A DNA stretch of 64,000 bases from an uncultured Candidatus Saccharibacteria bacterium (GCA_964450605.1 CAYVEK010000002.1:199805-263804); one strand, 5' to 3'; positions 38,205 through 48,179 are shown, numbered from the stretch's first letter. A program made the numbers and translations. Notes: a model not told the origin generated them from the letters alone.

Positions 38205-39884
38205 TTAGGCTTCACAGCTCACACATGCTTCTTTTTTCTTTCGAGCCAGAACCTGTGCAGCGTTCATACTATGCTGATAATACAAAGTCTTCACACCACT
38301 CTTCCAAGCTTCTATGTATAGTGCGTTTATATCTTTTGCTGTAGTTGTCTTTGGATTAATCATCAAGTTAAGTGACTGACCTTGATCGATATATAACTGT
38401 CGAGCGGCTGCCTGATCAATGATCGCATACTGATCAATCTCGGCAAATGTTTTAAATACACTCTTCTCTGTTTCATTTAGAAAATCAAGATGCTGTACTG
38501 AGCCATCATGATCTTTGATGCTGTCCCAGATCTCTTTAGTATTTTTACCTTTTTCTTCGAGAAGTTTTTCTAGATACTGGTTGTTAATAGTAACTTTTAT
38601 CTTCGCTACATCTTTAACATATGAGTTTGACCAGATAGGCTCTATACTCTGAGATACCTGTCCTAGGATAAATGCTGAAGATGTTGTTGGGGCAACGGCA
38701 CATAGAGTTGTATTTCTTCGTCCTTTTCCTTTGAGTACTTCTGGCTCGCCGTATTTTACTGCCATCTCTTTTGAAGCTGAATACGCTTTGTCTTGTATTG
38801 CTTTAAACAGTTGTACGTTTAGAACATCTGCTTCCTGACTCTCAAAAGGAATCATCTTACTCTGTAGATATGAGTGCCATCCAAGAACTCCAAGCCCTAG
38901 AGCCCGGTTCTCAAGAGCAAAACGATATGCTTTCTCCATAAACACAAACTCCTGTCGTCGCTCTTTATCTTCTGAATCTCTATACCCTTCAAGTTTTTGA
39001 ATAAAATCAGACATAACAGCATCAAGGAAATATGTCATGGTCTCAACAGCGTCTGTATCTTTCCATTCATCAAAATACAAAGCGTTCATGGATGACAAAC
39101 AACATACAAAAGACCATTTATCATTTGATGGAAGTGCGATCTCACTACATAGGTTACTTGCATGTATTCTGTACCCTCCCTCTTTGTACACATCAACTGT
39201 ATTATTGTTTACAGTATCTGAGAACATGATATATGGATACCCGATCTCTGTTCGTCGTTTTATAACTTTAGCCCAAATAGCTCTCTTTTCCTCATCTCCA
39301 CCGATCATATCTTCCATCCATTTATCACCAACAGTTACAGCATGAGTCATACCCTGTATAGGATGTCCCTCTGTTCCAACATCAAGAAACTCTGCGATAT
39401 CCGGATGTTCAACTGGCATATACGCAGCCATAAAACCTCTTCGTGTCGAACCCTGACTTACCACATTTGTTACACTGTCAAACAACTGCATAAAATGAAC
39501 CGGCCCTGATGAAGTACCGTTGTTTGTAATAGCGGCACCTCGTGGTCGTAGCGCTCCAAAATATGCAGATGTTCCACCTCCTTTTTTACTCATCATACCG
39601 ATCTCTGCAGTAGTATAGAGTATATCCCCCATAGTATCTCCAACATATGAACCGAAACAACTTATAGGAAGCCCTTTTGCAAGACCGAAGTTAACCCAGA
39701 CAGGTGTTGAAAGCGAATAGTAACCTTTTTCAACGTATCCATAAAACTTATCAGCGAAACCTGCGACACCAAGTATCTTTTCTGCATGTTCTGCAATAAA
39801 ACGAATACGCTCTTCTGGTGTCATACCTTTTGGTAAATAATCTTTTTCAAGGAACTTTCTACTGTTTTCGTTGAGCCATTTCAT
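38205..39884 (-). CDS. nrdA: Ribonucleoside-diphosphate reductase alpha subunit (class I catalytic subunit), short form with no ATP-cone.
   Basis: Motifs NLCSEI and YIEAWKSGVKTLYY, and the C-terminal Cys pair CVSCEA. There is no N-terminal ATP-cone. Confidence 0.85.
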   Translation of the reverse strand: MKWLNENSRKFLEKDYLPKGMTPEERIRFIAEHAEKILGVAGFADKFYGYVEKGYYSLSTPVWVNFGLAKGLPISCFGSYVGDTMGDILYTTAEIGMMSKKGGGTSAYFGALRPRGAAITNNGTSSGPVHFMQLFDSVTNVVSQGSTRRGFMAAYMPVEHPDIAEFLDVGTEGHPIQGMTHAVTVGDKWMEDMIGGDEEKRAIWAKVIKRRTEIGYPYIMFSDTVNNNTVDVYKEGGYRIHASNLCSEIALPSNDKWSFVCCLSSMNALYFDEWKDTDAVETMTYFLDAVMSDFIQKLEGYRDSEDKERRQEFVFMEKAYRFALENRALGLGVLGWHSYLQSKMIPFESQEADVLNVQLFKAIQDKAYSASKEMAVKYGEPEVLKGKGRRNTTLCAVAPTTSSAFILGQVSQSIEPIWSNSYVKDVAKIKVTINNQYLEKLLEEKGKNTKEIWDSIKDHDGSVQHLDFLNETEKSVFKTFAEIDQYAIIDQAAARQLYIDQGQSLNLMINPKTTTAKDINALYIEAWKSGVKTLYYQHSMNAAQVLARKKKEACVSCEA

Positions 39885-39926
39885 ATGTTTGCGGTTTTTA
39901 TTTAATGTTTAAGGTTTATTAATAAT

Positions 39927-41216
39927 CTAGAACAAGTCGGCACTGGTGATACTTCCTGCTCTTTTGTTGTAGTTAACTGATCGTTTAACAAAGAAGTCGC
40001 CATGTTTTGTTGTTTTTATCTCATCGTCGAACCATTCTGTCTTTGCAAGTTTTGCTTCATCTATCGGGAATAGTTTGTTATAGCCAAGTGATACAAGAGA
40101 TCTGTTGAATCGGTTTTTAACAAACTCCTTGACCTGATCCTTTGGCATAAAGTCGAGTTCCCCTTTTTCAAATATCCAATCAATGATGGACTCTTCTGCC
40201 TCATATGCTTTTTGACAGAGATTGATAATAGAATCTTCATACTCCTTATCAAACCAGTCTGGGTTTTCTTCTTTTATGATCTTAAGCAGATCGATACCAA
40301 ACTCTCCGTGTATATTTTCCTCTTTTGATGTAGCTTCGATAACGTTTGACATACCTTTGAACAAAGTCTTGTGCTTGTTGAAAGACATGATAATCAGGAA
40401 CTGAGAAAACAAAGAGACGTGCTCTATGAATAGAGAGAATAACATCAACGTTTTTGAATAATCTCTTTGTGTTTCTGTACCTGCATATGAAAGAGCTTTC
40501 TCAACATAATTTACTCGGTTCATAATAGCTGGTATAGTCTTAACTTTTTCAAACTCTTCATTCAAACCAAGTATCTCGAGTAGGTGTGCGTACGCGTTAG
40601 CGTGTCGAACCTCACTCTCAGCAAAGGTTGCACCTACTGCACCTACTTCTGGCTTAGGTATCTTGTTGTATACATTGCTCCAAAAAGTCTTAACTGATAC
40701 TTCGACCTGAGCGATCGCAAGCATGGCGTTTTTTATAGCACTTCTCTCAACCTCAGTCACACTGGCTTTATAGTCATGTATATCTCCGGTGAAGTTGAAC
40801 TCTGTGTGAAGCCAGTATGAGTGTTGTATACCCTCAACATAATCCATAAGCTCTGGGTACTCATATGGTTTTAGGGCAAGACGCTTCTTGAAAATGTCTC
40901 GCTTTCGGAGCTCGGCTCGCTTTTCTCGATAGAGGATATAAGCCTTTGCTGTTGTAAACAGACCAGAACGCATAAGCATAATCTCTACGGTATCTTGAAT
41001 AGTCTCTACTGACGGAACAAAAGATCCGTCTATGTTTTTAGACTCAAGATGACTCATAACTTTTTCTGCAACATCCTCAGCTATACCTGGTTTATACTCA
41101 CCTGTTTCCTTAAGAGCTTTCTCTACAGCTACGACAACCTTATCACTAGTAAAATCAACAATAGATTTATCTCTTTTTAGAACAAAACTTATTTTTTGAT
41201 TTTTATTTTTTGTCAT
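39927..41216 (-). CDS. nrdB: Ribonucleotide reductase beta subunit (NrdB, ferritin-like di-iron) with an N-terminal ATP-cone domain.
   Basis: Residues about 8-100 form the ATP-cone (ISFVLKRDKSIVDFTSDKVVVAVEKAL...IQDTVEIMLMR...AKAYILYREKR). The core carries the metal ligands EVRHANAY and EENIHGEF. Confidence 0.8.
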   Translation of the reverse strand: MTKNKNQKISFVLKRDKSIVDFTSDKVVVAVEKALKETGEYKPGIAEDVAEKVMSHLESKNIDGSFVPSVETIQDTVEIMLMRSGLFTTAKAYILYREKRAELRKRDIFKKRLALKPYEYPELMDYVEGIQHSYWLHTEFNFTGDIHDYKASVTEVERSAIKNAMLAIAQVEVSVKTFWSNVYNKIPKPEVGAVGATFAESEVRHANAYAHLLEILGLNEEFEKVKTIPAIMNRVNYVEKALSYAGTETQRDYSKTLMLFSLFIEHVSLFSQFLIIMSFNKHKTLFKGMSNVIEATSKEENIHGEFGIDLLKIIKEENPDWFDKEYEDSIINLCQKAYEAEESIIDWIFEKGELDFMPKDQVKEFVKNRFNRSLVSLGYNKLFPIDEAKLAKTEWFDDEIKTTKHGDFFVKRSVNYNKRAGSITSADLF

Positions 41217-41489
41217 ATGTATCTATTATGATACCACTAATTTATAATGAACGAACTTGTAAAAACTGTTTTTAGAGCAAAAATACATTTTTTGAAACGG
41301 AGCATCATATAACGCAACACCTTCATCAAAATAAGCATATTATTCGATACCTCTAAATAATCAGTCCTTAGTCAACTTGACCCCTAACGCTACATGTGAT
41401 CAAACATCAGAATCCACTATAATTTTTGGGATAATTCTAACGCCTAAGCAACCCTCGCAACCAACCTCACGTCGACCTTAATGAGGATT

Positions 41490-42056
41490 TTAATATTTTC
41501 TAATAATTCCTTTTACAACTGCACCTATTTGAAATGATTCTTCTGGGTATATGAGATTATATTTTTTGTTGGCAGGCTCTAGATATACTTGATTACCCTT
41601 CTTTCTAAAATACTTCATAGTCCAACCTCCATCTACTTCAGCTATAACTATATCTCCTGGTTTTGCATCACTTCTTTTTTCAGCTATAACATAATCACCC
41701 TCACGAATGGACGCCTCTATCATAGAGTCGCCTTTAACTTCCAAAATATATGTATTATCTTTATGTGGAATTAGATAGTCTTCTATACTGATAGTATCCA
41801 GCAGTGACTCTTCAGCAACAGAAGGCATACCCGCTTCCACCAAACCCAAGAAAGGCACTTCATCATACAAAGACAAAGGAGTAAGCTTACCTCTTGAATC
41901 TTTCGACAATATCCTCGCTTCAACCAGCTTATTGATCAGTTTATATACAGCATTTTTTGATTTAAAACCTGTCATATCCATGATCTCGGCATATCCTGGC
42001 ATGCGACGATATTTTTGATAGAAAGATAATATTTTGTTTTTATATTCTTGAAACAT
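41490..42056 (-). CDS. lexA: LexA repressor (S24 peptidase with N-terminal wHTH).
   Basis: GDSM catalytic Ser motif, conserved Lys, and an N-terminal HTH. Confidence 0.85.
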   Translation of the reverse strand: MFQEYKNKILSFYQKYRRMPGYAEIMDMTGFKSKNAVYKLINKLVEARILSKDSRGKLTPLSLYDEVPFLGLVEAGMPSVAEESLLDTISIEDYLIPHKDNTYILEVKGDSMIEASIREGDYVIAEKRSDAKPGDIVIAEVDGGWTMKYFRKKGNQVYLEPANKKYNLIYPEESFQIGAVVKGIIRKY

Positions 42057-42067
42057 GTTTGGCTTTA

Positions 42068-42277
42068 TTATAATAGAAATGAAGTCATCATGTGTGCCGT
42101 TTTCTGGAACCAGTTTGTTCTATCTTTTCGTATAGCCTGAGTTAGATGTCGAAGCAGGAACTTATGTCGTCTTGCCTCTCGAACATATGACTGCCCTTTG
42201 ATAATCTTAAGATCGATAACCTCGTTTAGTCTGTCGATCTCGGCGTGGATGGTATTAATTAATTTATTGTTACTCAT
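42068..42277 (-). CDS. Small coiled-coil protein, possibly DUF465/YdcH-like, co-transcribed with lexA.
   Basis: ORF track. 69 aa. Confidence 0.35.
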   Translation of the reverse strand: MSNNKLINTIHAEIDRLNEVIDLKIIKGQSYVREARRHKFLLRHLTQAIRKDRTNWFQKTAHMMTSFLL

Positions 42278-42323
42278 ATATTTTAATTAATGTTTGATTA
42301 ATGTTGATATATAGTAAGTATAG

Positions 42324-42339
42324 TGAACTACGGTTCACC
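42324..42339. promoter_or_regulatory. LexA (SOS) operator of the Cheo-box type (GAAC-N4-GTTC), upstream of the DUF465-lexA operon.
   Basis: Palindrome GTGAACTACGGTTCAC, 47 bp upstream of the 42277 start. Confidence 0.6.
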
Positions 42340-42421
42340 TGTCAAAATATTTTTTGTATTGCGATTGTGGATAGCGTCTTTGTCAACTAAACACGATAGA
42401 TAAACTATCTAGTTGCAAAAT

Positions 42422-44167
42422 TTACATCTCTTCCACTACTCTTATTCCAAGAATATACAACCCTTTTTCGAGTATATCTTTTGTTGATTCACATAACGCT
42501 ACCACTTTTTTATTAACAACAAATACACCATCATCCCCCTGATTTAATATCTTTGTATGTGCATAAAATGCGTTAAACTTTGATGCAACATCTATCAAGT
42601 ATTGTGCAATGTGTTGTGGAGCCATCTCATCTATAGCCTGAAGACACACATGGTCAAAACGAGCCAGTGTTCTTTGTAGCAACAAAGCTTCACCACTTAG
42701 CTTTTCTTCCGTTTCTTTTTTGTTTGTCTCAGCTGTAACTTTTCTCAATAATGAATGTATACGTACGACTGCATATTGTATATATGGACCACTATCCCCT
42801 TCAAGAGCCAAGGCTTTTTCTTTATCAAAGATAATATCTTTTCTAAAGTTTTGTTTAAGAATAGTAAACTTAATAGCAGCAACTGCAATGGCTTCAGCTA
42901 TACCCCTCTTCTTAGACTCATCTATAGGTCTATCTTTCATCTTCAAAAGAGAAGCCTCTGTCATCTCCTCAACCAACTCATCTCCAGCAACTATTTTACC
43001 TGTTCGAGAACTCATCTTTTGTCCAACAAGTTTCATCATGCCATGACCGATGTGGTATGACCTCTCACCTGCCTCTTTCATAATCTGTGATATCGCAGTT
43101 TTTGTAACTTTAAAAACTTCGTCCTGCTCATTTGCAGTAACAACATAACTTCTATCATAATTCCATGTATCCCATTTCATCTTTACCAAGCCAACCTCTT
43201 TACCTTCATATGTTGGAAGTCCTTGTTTGTTTATAAATACACGAGTATGTAGTCCAAAATCTTCGCCTTTAAATATACGTGCCCCACCATCACCCTCAAC
43301 AAAAACTTCGGAATGTTGTTTTACAATCTCTGCACCTATAGGACCACTTTGACTCTCAAAGAAATATTGATCGAACTCAGTTCCAAGTATTTTGTATAAT
43401 TCTTCAAACTTTTCTAACGACCACTCTCTTCCCTGATCATATACTGTGTTTATCTCAGCATCACTTCGATCGTACACTTGTTTGTTTATAGATTCTATTT
43501 CAGATATAGCATTTTTATATGTCTCACTTTCAACACCCTCTGTTTCTTCGACGGCTTTAAGTTTCTGATTGCCGGCAACATAGGCACAACCTAGATGTTT
43601 TACTTTGTCAGTCAGAGATATCTTTTCATCATCAGGCCAAGCCTCTGAGAGGAACTGTAACCCCCATATAGTAACAGCGATATGTCTACCAACATCACCT
43701 TGATATGAGCATCGTTTAACATCGGCACCAGTAAGTTCTGTGATACGTGCAAACGCTTCACCTATGGTGTTAGACATGAGGTGTCCGATATGGAACTCTT
43801 TCATTGGATTTGGATCTGTGTAATCAAAGATGATCTTCTTACCTGAAAATGTTGGATGTTCTATGGTCTGTGGAATCTCTACTGGTACATCTAGTGTAAT
43901 CCAAAAATTTACATATCCTCCCGCAACCTCTATTTTATTGAAAATATTTTTATCTAACTTTTCTTCTAAATATCTTTGTAACTCTATGGCTATGGCTATA
44001 GGATTTTTATCGAGTACTTTAGTTGAGGCAAAAGGAAGGTTTGTATACAGATCTCCTTTTGTAATATCTTTAGTTAAAGCAACTTCAAAAGAAACAGTTT
44101 GGTCTATACCCTGTTCTTTTAAAAAGCTTTTGCATGCATCCTCGATAAGGAGAGCGGTAGATAACAT
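42422..44167 (-). CDS. argS: Arginyl-tRNA synthetase.
   Basis: HIGH motif FHIGHLMS. Class I core and DALR-type C-terminal domain. Confidence 0.9.
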   Translation of the reverse strand: MLSTALLIEDACKSFLKEQGIDQTVSFEVALTKDITKGDLYTNLPFASTKVLDKNPIAIAIELQRYLEEKLDKNIFNKIEVAGGYVNFWITLDVPVEIPQTIEHPTFSGKKIIFDYTDPNPMKEFHIGHLMSNTIGEAFARITELTGADVKRCSYQGDVGRHIAVTIWGLQFLSEAWPDDEKISLTDKVKHLGCAYVAGNQKLKAVEETEGVESETYKNAISEIESINKQVYDRSDAEINTVYDQGREWSLEKFEELYKILGTEFDQYFFESQSGPIGAEIVKQHSEVFVEGDGGARIFKGEDFGLHTRVFINKQGLPTYEGKEVGLVKMKWDTWNYDRSYVVTANEQDEVFKVTKTAISQIMKEAGERSYHIGHGMMKLVGQKMSSRTGKIVAGDELVEEMTEASLLKMKDRPIDESKKRGIAEAIAVAAIKFTILKQNFRKDIIFDKEKALALEGDSGPYIQYAVVRIHSLLRKVTAETNKKETEEKLSGEALLLQRTLARFDHVCLQAIDEMAPQHIAQYLIDVASKFNAFYAHTKILNQGDDGVFVVNKKVVALCESTKDILEKGLYILGIRVVEEM

Positions 44168-44188
44168 GCTTTGAATATATAGTATTTT

Positions 44189-45937
44189 CTAATATTTTAC
44201 CAGCTCACACGCAGCAGTATTCAGAGCGTCCCGAGTCGGTTTAAATACATTTCCCGTAGCAGGAATCTTTGGCGCACGCTTCTTCTGAAAATCAGCTACG
44301 GCCTTTTTAGTTTTTTTACCATACACACCATCCTCTTTAAGTTTTGCTTGTATCGTTCTATTTAAAATATCTTGCAGTTTTTTAACTTCTTCTTTGTTGT
44401 TTTTGCCTCCAGTGTAAATATTTTTGCTTAGAATAGGTTGACACACTCCGCCCGCTCTTATTGTGTTTGGCTTATTATCAGTGTTCTTGATTCTTGTAGT
44501 GTCAGAAACATTATAAATACCCCCAGTTGAAATATAATCACCTCCCGAAGAAGATCCTCCGACTGCAGAATAATTACTTGGAAGAACTGTTACCTGCTGA
44601 CTTACACGTACTTCTTGTGGCGGTTTATATATTATAGTTAAACCATTAACTGTAAGAGTTGTTCCTGCATCTTGGGCTATATATACACGGGTGTATGTTC
44701 CTGGGATAAGTGGATCAAAAGTTCCTGAAACAGCCGGAACAAGTACTCCGTCCTTGCCATCTATAACCGTTACGGTTGGATCTGTATATGCACTACCAGC
44801 TGTCATTGTTAGATTGTTTTGTCCTGCAAATATCAGTACAGGTGGAGTATCCGTGACTGATATCGTAGGATTTCTATCACTTCCTGCGGTATTACAAAAA
44901 TCAGATGTAAATGGAACCGCAGGATCTCCAACACCAGAACCAGACTGTCCAACCGTTCCGTTTGTTCCACATGGAGGCCAATATGCGTTTATAATTCCAG
45001 AAATTATTTTTGAGTTTACTATCGTAACAGATCCCGGGTTTGTCCCATTGGCAGGTGCAGCACCTGCTTCACCTGGAGAACCTTTCTCACCCAAAGTCCC
45101 TGTTCCATTACCACCATTTCCTCCATTACCACCATTGCCTGGGTAACCTGAAGTTGCCTCAACATAGCCCACGACTGTTGAAGTAGATATCGTCACATTT
45201 CCTCCAAATGAAGCAGCGCCTCCTTGTCCTCCAGCGCCTCCTTGTCCTCCATTACCATCAGTATTTCCTCCATTACCCCCAACACCTCCATTTCCGCCAT
45301 TTCCTCCATTACCACCTTTTGATGATACGTATCCTGTTACATAGACACTTTGAAGTTGGATAGATGCACCATTTGCACCATCACACCCAGCCTGGCCCGC
45401 ACCACCAGAACCTCCCTGGCCCGCTAAGTTATTTCCAAATCCTGGATCACCTTGCCAACCATCGGACCCTGCAGTACACAATCCACCGTTTGATCCACCA
45501 GTACCAGCAGCGCCACCATCACCTGATCCACCATTATCTATCGATGCATTTCCTGTTCCTCCAGCCGTACCATTACCACCATTTGCACCATCAAGACCTC
45601 GAGCAGTCACATTTCCTTCGACACGACCATTTTTGATAATAAAGTTTCGCGCATTTCTAAAACCAAGTGTTGATGAACCATTTCCAGATACATTTCCAAA
45701 AACAGTTTTTGAGTTTAGGTCGATAGTAATACCTGGAGCTGTAACATAAAGACATGTATTTGTAGAACCACTTGTTCCAAGATCATTTGATACAAGATAT
45801 GTCTCCGATGATGTGTTTAAAACACCACAGTTTGATATAACAGTTAAAGCCGAAGTTTTTTGAGGCAAAATAAAACACAATAGCGCAACAAACGACAGAG
45901 ATGATAGAAACCTTTTCATACTTTGATTATACACCAT
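44189..45937 (-). CDS. Secreted glycine-rich (GGNGGNGG repeats) protein with a C-terminal peptidoglycan-binding domain.
   Basis: Signal MKRFLSSLSFVALLCFILP. Gly-rich low-complexity core. C-terminal VKKLQDILNRTIQAKLKEDGVYGKKTKKAVADFQKK PG_binding_1-like module. Confidence 0.7.
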   Translation of the reverse strand: MVYNQSMKRFLSSLSFVALLCFILPQKTSALTVISNCGVLNTSSETYLVSNDLGTSGSTNTCLYVTAPGITIDLNSKTVFGNVSGNGSSTLGFRNARNFIIKNGRVEGNVTARGLDGANGGNGTAGGTGNASIDNGGSGDGGAAGTGGSNGGLCTAGSDGWQGDPGFGNNLAGQGGSGGAGQAGCDGANGASIQLQSVYVTGYVSSKGGNGGNGGNGGVGGNGGNTDGNGGQGGAGGQGGAASFGGNVTISTSTVVGYVEATSGYPGNGGNGGNGGNGTGTLGEKGSPGEAGAAPANGTNPGSVTIVNSKIISGIINAYWPPCGTNGTVGQSGSGVGDPAVPFTSDFCNTAGSDRNPTISVTDTPPVLIFAGQNNLTMTAGSAYTDPTVTVIDGKDGVLVPAVSGTFDPLIPGTYTRVYIAQDAGTTLTVNGLTIIYKPPQEVRVSQQVTVLPSNYSAVGGSSSGGDYISTGGIYNVSDTTRIKNTDNKPNTIRAGGVCQPILSKNIYTGGKNNKEEVKKLQDILNRTIQAKLKEDGVYGKKTKKAVADFQKKRAPKIPATGNVFKPTRDALNTAACELVKY

Positions 45938-45987
45938 AAAAACAAAAAACGCCGTGGAGCGTTTTTTGTTTGGTTTTTATATAAAAC

Positions 45988-46413
45988 TTATGCAACCACT
46001 TCTACTCCAAGAGATTTACATGTTCCTTCGATCATTTTGATAGCACCTGCAAGATCAACTGCATTCATGTCTACCATTTTCTTTGCAGCGATTTCCTCAA
46101 CTTGCTTTCGAGTAATCTTACCAACCTTCTTTGAGTTTGGAGTTCCTGAACCTGTCTCTAGTCCAATAGCCTTCTTTACCATCTCGGCTGCTGGAGGCAT
46201 CTTCATGATGAAGTCGAAAGATCGATCTTCATACACTGAGATAACTACAGGAATAGTGTTTCCAGCCATCTGAGCTGTAGCATCGTTGAACTTTTTAACA
46301 AAGTCAGCAATGTTAACACCTGCAGGACCTAGGGCTGTACCAATAGGTGGTGCTGGAGTCGCTTTTGCAGCCGCGATCTGGAGCTTTATGATTTTTGTTA
46401 CTTTTTTAGCCAT
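45988..46413 (-). CDS. rplK: 50S ribosomal protein L11.
   Basis: N-terminal [26 protein letters not shown]. Confidence 0.95.
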   Translation of the reverse strand: MAKKVTKIIKLQIAAAKATPAPPIGTALGPAGVNIADFVKKFNDATAQMAGNTIPVVISVYEDRSFDFIMKMPPAAEMVKKAIGLETGSGTPNSKKVGKITRKQVEEIAAKKMVDMNAVDLAGAIKMIEGTCKSLGVEVVA

Positions 46414-46440
46414 AGTGTTTAATTACTTCGTGATAATAAC

Positions 46441-46983
46441 TTATTTTTTCTTAACTTGCAAGAAGTCTAGCTCGACCGGTGTTTCTCGACCAAACATAGA
46501 AACAAGGACTCGTAGCTTACCTTTTTCTTGATCAATCTCCGCAACTTTCCCATCCAAATCCTTGAAAGGACCGTCGACAATATTAATATAATCACCTACC
46601 GCGACATCAAGAGTATGAATAACATGCTGACCTTTCATTCGAGAGAAAATCTCTTCAAGCTCTGCCTCTGAAACCGGTACTGGGATAGTTCCCGCTCCCA
46701 CAAAACCTGTAACTCGAGGAGTGTTTCGGATAGCATACCAAGTCTCTTCTGTCACTATCATATCTACAAGCACGTATCCAGGATATATCTTTACATCTTC
46801 CTCAACTCGCTTACCATTTTTTATCTTTATAACTTTTTCAGTTGGAACCATTACATTGAAGATCTTATCTTCCAATCCCAATGACTCTATTCTTTGCTTA
46901 AGGTTTCGAACAACGGCATTTTCGTATCCAGAATATGTTTGGATAGTATACCAGTTTCGGCCTCGTAATTCTTGTTTAGCCAT
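46441..46983 (-). CDS. nusG: Transcription termination/antitermination factor NusG.
   Basis: N-terminal WYTIQTYSGYE and a C-terminal KOW domain. Confidence 0.9.
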   Translation of the reverse strand: MAKQELRGRNWYTIQTYSGYENAVVRNLKQRIESLGLEDKIFNVMVPTEKVIKIKNGKRVEEDVKIYPGYVLVDMIVTEETWYAIRNTPRVTGFVGAGTIPVPVSEAELEEIFSRMKGQHVIHTLDVAVGDYINIVDGPFKDLDGKVAEIDQEKGKLRVLVSMFGRETPVELDFLQVKKK

Positions 46984-47001
46984 AATTTATATTTTTAATA
47001 A

Positions 47002-47181
47002 TTAACTAATAAGCCAAGCTAGGATTTTACTAAAGAGAACATCAAGACCTCCTAGGTATATACCTACAGCGATAGATAGAACAACTATCGCGATAGTATA
47101 TTTTATAGTTTGTTTCTTTGATGGCCACTTTATAAAAGCAACTTCTCCTTTTGCCTCTTTGATGTGGGATATGAATGACAT
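47002..47181 (-). CDS. secE: Preprotein translocase subunit SecE, 59 aa.
   Basis: Hand translation gives MSFISHIKEAKGEVAFIKWPSKKQTIKYTIAIVVLSIAVGIYLGGLDVLFSKILAWLIS. It is in the conserved secE-nusG-rplK arrangement. Confidence 0.8.
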   Translation of the reverse strand: MSFISHIKEAKGEVAFIKWPSKKQTIKYTIAIVVLSIAVGIYLGGLDVLFSKILAWLIS

Positions 47182-47274
47182 AGTTATATGGTAGTGTTAT
47201 TTTTTAAACTTTTCAAATTTAAAACACTCCGGAAAGAGTGTTTTAAACAGTGTCCTTACTATACACTAAACCGA

Positions 47275-48177
47275 CTATTTTATCAAGTATGAGATACTTA
47301 CATCACTTGTAACCTTCTGCTCACCTACTGGAAGCTGGGCAGATGGCCCACTTGCAGCTTTTTCCATAACCGCATCCATTCGGGCTGATAGATACGGATT
47401 ATATCCAGCGTTATCAGAGAATGCTTGTATTTGACCCAGACTCACACCTAGACTTTTAGCCAACACTTTTGCATCAGCCTTAGCTTTTTTTATTGCCTCC
47501 GCTCGCACCCGTGCTTTTACCGGCTCTATATCATACACAGTAAATGTGATCTGACCTGTCTTAAGTCCAGCAGCCCCAAGATCTGCTATAAGCTTATCTC
47601 GTTTTGAACCATCGGCATCCTTGTCTATATTAGGAACTTTGATCTCCAAAGTTTGAGAAACATTTGCACCTGTTACACTTGATGAAGTGTTAACACATGG
47701 CGGTACTACAGGAGCAATCTGAGGTGTCATGACAGCTGTATTTACCATCATCTTAGAACTCACGGCCGGAGTAGCACATACTTCTGTCTTTGTTCCATAT
47801 ACATCTGTAACATCTCGGGCTATTGTTTTAATATTTTTTTCCTCTACCCCATTTGCTTTCAAAACCTCCATGGCTTTTGCTATCTTTGTGTCTACTTTTT
47901 TAGAAGCAGAAACAACATCTTTCCCCTCTTCATTTACAGTTATAGTAAATGTAAGAGTGTCAGGTTTAATAAATTCTTCAGCTTTTCCTGATACAGATAT
48001 AGTCTGAGGATAGTTATCACTTAATCCAAATCTGTTAACCTGCTTATAGAGCAACACTGTCTTTGTAATAAGAGCAAGTGCTACAAAAACTAGTATAAGT
48101 GTGGCTACGTTTTTTCTAAATGGACTAGCCTCGATCCACTGTGTAAATGATGTATTCATGCCCACAGTATACACCAA
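47275..48177 (-). CDS. SIMPL/DUF541 domain protein with an N-terminal membrane anchor.
   Basis: Size, a single N-terminal transmembrane helix, and SIMPL-like C-terminal repeats. Confidence 0.55.
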   Translation of the reverse strand: MVYTVGMNTSFTQWIEASPFRKNVATLILVFVALALITKTVLLYKQVNRFGLSDNYPQTISVSGKAEEFIKPDTLTFTITVNEEGKDVVSASKKVDTKIAKAMEVLKANGVEEKNIKTIARDVTDVYGTKTEVCATPAVSSKMMVNTAVMTPQIAPVVPPCVNTSSSVTGANVSQTLEIKVPNIDKDADGSKRDKLIADLGAAGLKTGQITFTVYDIEPVKARVRAEAIKKAKADAKVLAKSLGVSLGQIQAFSDNAGYNPYLSARMDAVMEKAASGPSAQLPVGEQKVTSDVSISYLIK

Positions 48178-48179
48178 AA

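Noticed and set aside
41217-41489. Searched the nrdB leader for NrdR boxes or LexA boxes.
   Set aside because: No convincing palindrome of either type was found. CTTGTAAAAACTGTT is not a CTGT-N8-ACAG or GAAC-N4-GTTC site.
47190-47262. Hairpin AACACTC-CGGAAA-GAGTGTT downstream of the 47275 gene.
   Set aside because: Only a weak T-tract follows on the minus strand. It is too uncertain to call a terminator.
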